Part shown: positions 58,506-64,000 of the stretch, one piece after another
Layout of the letters: the number at the start of each line of letters is the position of its first letter
Position numbering within the stretch: the stretch's first letter is position 1
Program-made: the position numbers and the translations under genes
Assembly (NCBI GenBank): GCA_023920165.1
Contig: CP089275.1
Span: forward strand, 4,836,001-4,900,000
Reading direction: 5' to 3'
DNA from: Curvularia clavata
Taxonomy: Eukaryota
Length of the DNA stretch: 64,000 bases
The notes under the pieces: generated by a model
What the model saw: only the letters and a program-made list of their open reading frames with translations
Database searches by the model: none
What the model was told of the DNA's origin: nothing

Positions 58506-60517
58506 GCCCATTCTTCAATGCTACTAGTACACAACACGCAGTCTGTCAAAAGACCCTTAGCACCTCACACCCCAGAGGGGTCTATCCGCCGAAATCAGGT
58601 GAACCATGTTCAAGCCACAAAGTTACAAGAAACTACTATTCTCATGCAAGGGCGCAAGGCAGACGTACAGCCACACCCCCGTTGCGGCGGTGTGGCAGAC
58701 CATTGCCGTCAAGTGAACATAATCCTAGGCGACAACCAAGACGGATCTAGGAAGATCAATTGGGCTGCTTACGCTTGGCGTGAACTACATGTGACGAAAA
58801 ATTTGCTGACCAAATACGGCGTGGGGAGCTGGTGTTTGACTGGGATAAATGTTGGATGGTCAGATCTGACGTATGTACATCTCAGCTGACAGGGGGCCAC
58901 CTTACATCTCTGGAGGCTTCGTAGCCAATGCGGGTAGTACGAATATTCGCATCATGGTACACTCGTATCGTAAGGCGTATAATGTAGGGTGTAAGATGTC
59001 ACTTTGGTGCCTGCTGAGGTTTCATTGGGTCATCTCAGGGTCTAGAGAAGGCGGTATGGTTGGGATTCTCAGAACACAGTGGTTTGATCGTACGCTTCCA
59101 TTATTGCTGACACGGGGCAAATGAAAGACGTAAATAGTGTTCCTTGCGTCTTTTTGTTGTACGGATACCGAGGGCTTACAAGAAACACAACCAATCGTAT
59201 CTCGTGTGCTTGGTGTGAAGATGTATTTGAAGTCTATAGAATCACAAGGCTGAAGAAGCAAATCCTTGGCGATCTTGCACCTGCATATGCAATGCAAAGG
59301 TGGCCCGAAGGTTCCCGTCGCGAGGACGCAAGTAGAAGGTTGCTTGATTTCCAGACGCATTGTGGCGTTTAGAACGGTCCTAGCGCTCCTCAGTTGTGGC
59401 TCAGTGCACTCCAGCCCACCCCACGCACTTGGCTTTACGCAGGCTTTATGCATAATACCATTCGCATAAGACTATTTCCACAAGACCATTCACACACGAG
59501 GATAAACGGCTTGCCGAACACTGGTTTCACAGTTTGAAAGCACTTCGTCTCAAGGGCTGATTCAGACAGACAGCGATTTTGATTGCACACAATACCTAGT
59601 TCGGTGCCTAAAGGTATGAAATGCTCTTCACAAGTACCTCGATATCGTACAAGAGCGCTGCTAGACGCTTCACCGATGGATTGAAATTGTGCTGTACCTC
59701 AAGACGTTGGCGTGTAATTCAACGACGTTATGACGAGGATGTATGCGATGTTAACTACTTCACTTACTCACACATGGCGACTTAGCGGGTCCATGAGGAG
59801 CGAAAACATACAACTAGTATCGCACAGCAGATTGGGAAGGTGGCTACGACCTAGGAGCTCTCTTATCTATGAGCGCCATACAAAATAGGCTGGCTAAGTA
59901 CCACGTCAATGCCTGTAGGGATTGTGAGCCGACTTCGGCTACGGACCATAGCAATGAAGAGCGTCCCTAAGCATTCTTCTCACTCGAACCTTCTTCTGCT
60001 ATACATACACGCAGCAAAGACTGCTCGTAGCATTTTTAGCGCTTCCATGGCGACGCGATCTTGCGCAAGTGCAGGCGGCACCTCAGTCGACCAGGCCAAG
60101 GGTGCGCCGAACCGATCCCACAAAGTAGTACCCCGCTTTGTCGGAGCCGACAGGCTCTTCCTCGCCGCGGATGTTGATTGCTGACCTTGGAGCAGACAAC
60201 CTAAGCGACGGTCCGGCTTGCTATGTAGTTAGCTTCGTGTGCGAGTTCTCACAGTTCTGTTACCAAAATTGAGCAGAATCGAAGGTATAACAATAGTGTT
60301 GACAAGCTATATCGTGATATAAGATCCAACTCCATCTATAATTAGATACAGGTACCCTTGTCAGTGACTATGCCCCTCTTTCACGTACATGGGGAAGGAT
60401 CGGCGTCGGCAGACATTTCCTACCTTTCACCCTCACACCCCGTAACTTTGCCCTTGAAAGCGCGTACAGAGAACGACAACATTGGTTTTTGACCCACACT
60501 ATACAAATCAGATCGAG

Positions 60518-62707
60518 ATGCTATGCGATGTCTGCAAGAACGGTCTAGAGGGAATATGGGATCCTACCCAGACCCCACGCCTTTGCTCCCTTGAGTATTT
60601 TGGGGAAGAGCTGCCAGGTGAGTATGGAACTCGAGGCGTGGCGCTGCCAATCGACATAGATTGTTGATACAGTAGCCAATGATTTTGCAACTGCTAGAAT
60701 CAGCAGAGGGTCCAGATATCGTCTTTGGTCATCACAAGGATGAAGCATCCTTCCGCCGTTCCATCGATGAAGGGTGTGCCATGTGCAACAGATTCGGGGG
60801 TATACCCGAAAGAGCAAAAGCTCCGAACAACCCATTGCTCGAGGCTCTGGACTATTTCTCAGTATTCTGGATCTACCGTGTCGTCGAAGACTCTAAGGAA
60901 CAGGTCGTAATGAAATGTCTGTTTCATTCATTGCAAGGAGGCTTTTGCTTCGTCCCTTACGGAGGTATGTCGACATGTATGTAGACTTAGAAAGTACCAC
61001 AAAGGCTTCAATGTCTTCAATGGGTTGACTGATTCGAGGACAACAGTCCCAAGGTACGACTACGGTCTCGAATTTGACCTGGGGCCGTCTACCAGCGATG
61101 TATCGACTTGGCGCACCCTTGAAAGATGGATGGATGTTTGTCTCAGTACTCACACTTCGTGTCAGCCTTCGAAGGAGACATCTACGTATCGCCCAAGTCG
61201 ACTTCTTGAACTAAATTCCACAGGGACGTACCGTCTGATCGGCGTACATGACATGCCCCCCACCCTGCAGTACGTTGCACTAAGCTACTGCTGGGGCACG
61301 GAACCTTTGGAAGGTCTGCTCAGGCTTATGAAGACGACTGAAGATTACCTGAGCAACGGACAGGATATCGACACATTGCCCAAAACTTTCAAAGAGGCTG
61401 CCGAAATCGCCCAAAGATTTGGAGTCAACTATCTGTGGATAGACAGACTTTGCATCTTTCAAGATTCTCTTCAAGACTGGCAGCAGGAGGCAGCAAGTAT
61501 GCAGAAAGTCTATCAGAATGCTTTATTCAGTATCGCAGCCTTAGGAGCGAAGGACAGCAATGGAGGCTGCTTCTTCAGTCGGGAACCCGAAAAGGTAGTG
61601 CCTTCGATTGTTCATTTGCAGTTCAAGGAGGGCGAACAGGCGAAGCCCTTCAGATTTGAATTGGACAAGGGCTGGTCGTGGCGTCTCTCATTCGAAGACG
61701 AGCCGCTACTCAAACGAGCGTGGGTGGTACAAGAACGGTTAATTGCCCCACGCACGATATATTTTGGATCTCTCCAAGTATTTTGGGAATGCCGCGAGTC
61801 GCAATGTGCAGAGACACATCCACTTGGCGTCGCCATGTTCGACGATCAGTCGATGGCGTCGAATGGCGAGCATGAGCCTTACCGAAATGTATGTGGTTGG
61901 AAGGATCTTTTGGATTTTCCCGGTCGTGATAAGGCCGGTGACGAATATGAGCAGCTTTTCTATGACTGGGACGCGCTGATATGGTACTATTCGGGGCAAA
62001 ACTTGACTGTAACAACCGACAAGCTCGTCGCCATTTCGGGAATGGCAAAGCATATGCGAGAAATGCTGCACAATATCAAGCCGGGGCCGCACAGATATCT
62101 CGCTGGCCATTGGGAAGACAAGCTTATTGACTCACTCTGCTGGCTGACTCATTCGTGGTCCGTCAGAGCGCCCATGTATCGCGCACCGTCTTGGTCATGG
62201 GCGTGCCTCGAAGGAAAGGTCTATACCTTTGTCTCACAGGGCAGGTCTGGTCAAGTCCAGCACACATCTGTCGAAGCGGTAGATGTAGTGAGCCTTACAG
62301 GAGACGATACCGGAGAGGTGGTCTCCGGCTCCGTGACGCTAAGGGGACCCTGCGCCACTATGAGCATCGACCTCGAATTAAAGAATGATGATTGGTATGG
62401 CAGCGAGAACCAGAGGAGTTGGACCGGAGTGCAAGAAGGTAAATGGCCCCCCAGTGTTAACAAGTCACTCGGGAGACCCGTACCTCAGGTGTATTTCGAC
62501 ACGGCCGACGACATGTGCGAAACACCACTGCTCCTCTGGCTCACTTCATGCTCGGATGAGGTCCTCTACGGTAAAGGACTCGTTTTAACATGCCTGGGTG
62601 ATGGCACATACCGACGAATCGGGATAGCCCTGTGTTACTTCGCTAGCAACGATGAAGCGCTCGATTTCAAGAACAGTCTTGACGAGCGATGTTTAGTCGT
62701 GGTATAA
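60518..62707 (+). CDS. HET-domain (heterokaryon incompatibility, PF06985-type) protein, probably 3 exons
   Basis: MLCDVC start, HH....F..S...GC.MC; introns ~60618-60697 and 60965-61046; RPSRLL, YVALSYCWG, LPKTF..YLWIDRLCIFQD..DWQQEA..M..VYQNA, KRAWVVQERL, YRAPSWSWA. Confidence 0.9.
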
Positions 62708-63508
62708 GCATGGCCAATTCTGTTCATAAACATACAAAAGATGTGTTAGCTCGCCCATCAATGATGCGGTCATTCAACTGGTGTCACGTCTTACAGCATC
62801 TGCACCCTTGTACTTGGCCTTTTAAGTATGGTCCTACTCTTGAATGTATGGGCAGCGATCGTCGATTGAGGTTACAAAGGGTCTTCTCTAGTATGTGAAT
62901 TATAAGTAAGAGTTCAAGATAAGAAAGGCAGAAGATCATACACCGTTGGCTAGAAGCAGAGTTGGTTGCATCGTGATTCTTGTCGTAGTCTGACCCCGGA
63001 CCTCGAGACGCGGCAATTTAGGTGGAAAGGCCCTACCCTACCCCCACGTGGGGACTCTACTGACTGCGCCACTGTCTTTGTCAATTTCATCATCAGAGCA
63101 GAAGCATCCCATGCTGGAGCGCATGGAGTATAGTCCTTGCGACGTTGATTTCACCATATTTTACACTCTCGTGCATTCCACGCCGTCAGCTCAGCTCAGG
63201 GCATAGTGAGATATTCCTAGCAGGGATACGAAAAGTGAGACATGCAAAATTCTACATCCTAGCCACTTGAACATAAATGGAATGGCGGCTTCGGCTGCAA
63301 AACCAGACATGAAAGAACGAAATAGGGAAATGGCTCGACACAGGGAGAATGTATGAGACATACACTTGGAGCGATGACCTGATTCACATCGACCTTAGTT
63401 ACGGGTCGCAAATATGAGATATTGAGTTGTGTAAGATGTTTCCACCATTACCATGACTGGAGCTGAATTGTTACACAAGCTTACGGTCGCCTGGCAAAAG
63501 GTCTCACC

Positions 63509-64000
63509 CTATTTGGCCTCTTTGATCAATGCCTCCGCAGTGGCGTCTTTTTGACTCACACTACCGCTTCTTTCTGCGGGCTTTAATTTTCCTGAAGGGG
63601 GGCCTTCGCCACTGTTCTGAGCAGCGTTCTTCAGCCTCTCGGTGTCGGCAGGGTTGGTGTCCTGCTTCTTCGGGTCCTTCTCGTCATCGTCGCTATCGCC
63701 AAGACTAAAGGGATCATGTTCATCAGGCTCTGGGTTGGGTGCTACTGATGTGAGAGGCTGCCACTTCTTGCCACCCGACTTTCCTTGACTCGCTGGGTTG
63801 CTGGGTGATGGGTTCCGATACAGGGCGTCTACCTCATCCACGGGACCGCTCTGGGGAGGCGAGACGGGTGTCGGCTTGAAGAGATCGGGGTTAGCGTTGG
63901 GGCGGCTTGAAGTTCGTGGGGGCACTGTAGTATGTGAGCGATGCTATTGACGCAGGGAAACAGTGGCTTACTGTCGTTGTCCCGCAATTCCAACTTAGCA
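63509..64000 (-). CDS. CUE5: 3' end of Cue5-like ubiquitin/Atg8 adaptor; gene starts beyond the window
   Basis: Intron 63925-63971. AKLELRD..RPNANPDLFKP..KKWQPL..DPFSLGDSDDDEK matches the C-terminus of filamentous-fungal Cue5 as I recall it; the CUE domain itself is outside the window. Confidence 0.7.

Noticed and set aside
58410..58511. 34-aa N-terminal extension of vCPO as a possible signal peptide
   Set aside because: Its ATG lies upstream of the TATA box, it lacks a proper hydrophobic core, and the 609-aa form matches the known enzyme.
55148..62707. Halogenated secondary-metabolite gene cluster
   Set aside because: No backbone synthase, cluster transcription factor or exporter nearby.
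63042..63053. Palindrome CCCCACGTGGGG (E-box core)
   Set aside because: Isolated 12-bp palindrome between two convergent 3' ends; no supporting context.
1..64000. tRNA, 5S rRNA, snRNA and telomeric repeats
   Set aside because: No cloverleaf, recognisable RNA gene or TTAGGG array seen by eye; tRNAscan-SE and Infernal would be needed to exclude them.

Overview
Eukaryotic window from a filamentous ascomycete: it has spliceosomal GT-AG introns with CTRAY branch sites and RIP-type C>T mutation in repeats. The near-identity of its vanadium chloroperoxidase to the Curvularia inaequalis enzyme, as I recall that sequence, points to Pleosporaceae (Curvularia/Bipolaris-like). Conserved genes: 3' part of cytoplasmic dynein heavy chain, a GT31 glycosyltransferase, a lactose/cellodextrin-type MFS permease, a MARVEL protein, secreted dipeptidyl peptidase IV, an LSM8/PITH/VPS20/RIX7 housekeeping block, an MDR oxidoreductase, vCPO, a HET-domain protein and the 3' end of CUE5. 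An accessory-looking tract at ~12.9-28.1 kb holds orphan genes, a 142-bp pogo-type MITE, a CorA-like gene, an NB-ARC-TPR (NLR) pseudogene and an SGNH-like gene. It also holds the most striking structure in the window: two different Fot1/pogo transposons, each exactly 1842 bp, joined head-to-head through one shared TA, with different TIRs and very different RIP loads. I found no tRNA, rRNA or CRISPR, and no clearly new biological system that the sequence alone can prove. The best leads are the twin transposon, a tandem-domain orphan protein and the vCPO/MDR/HET neighbourhood.
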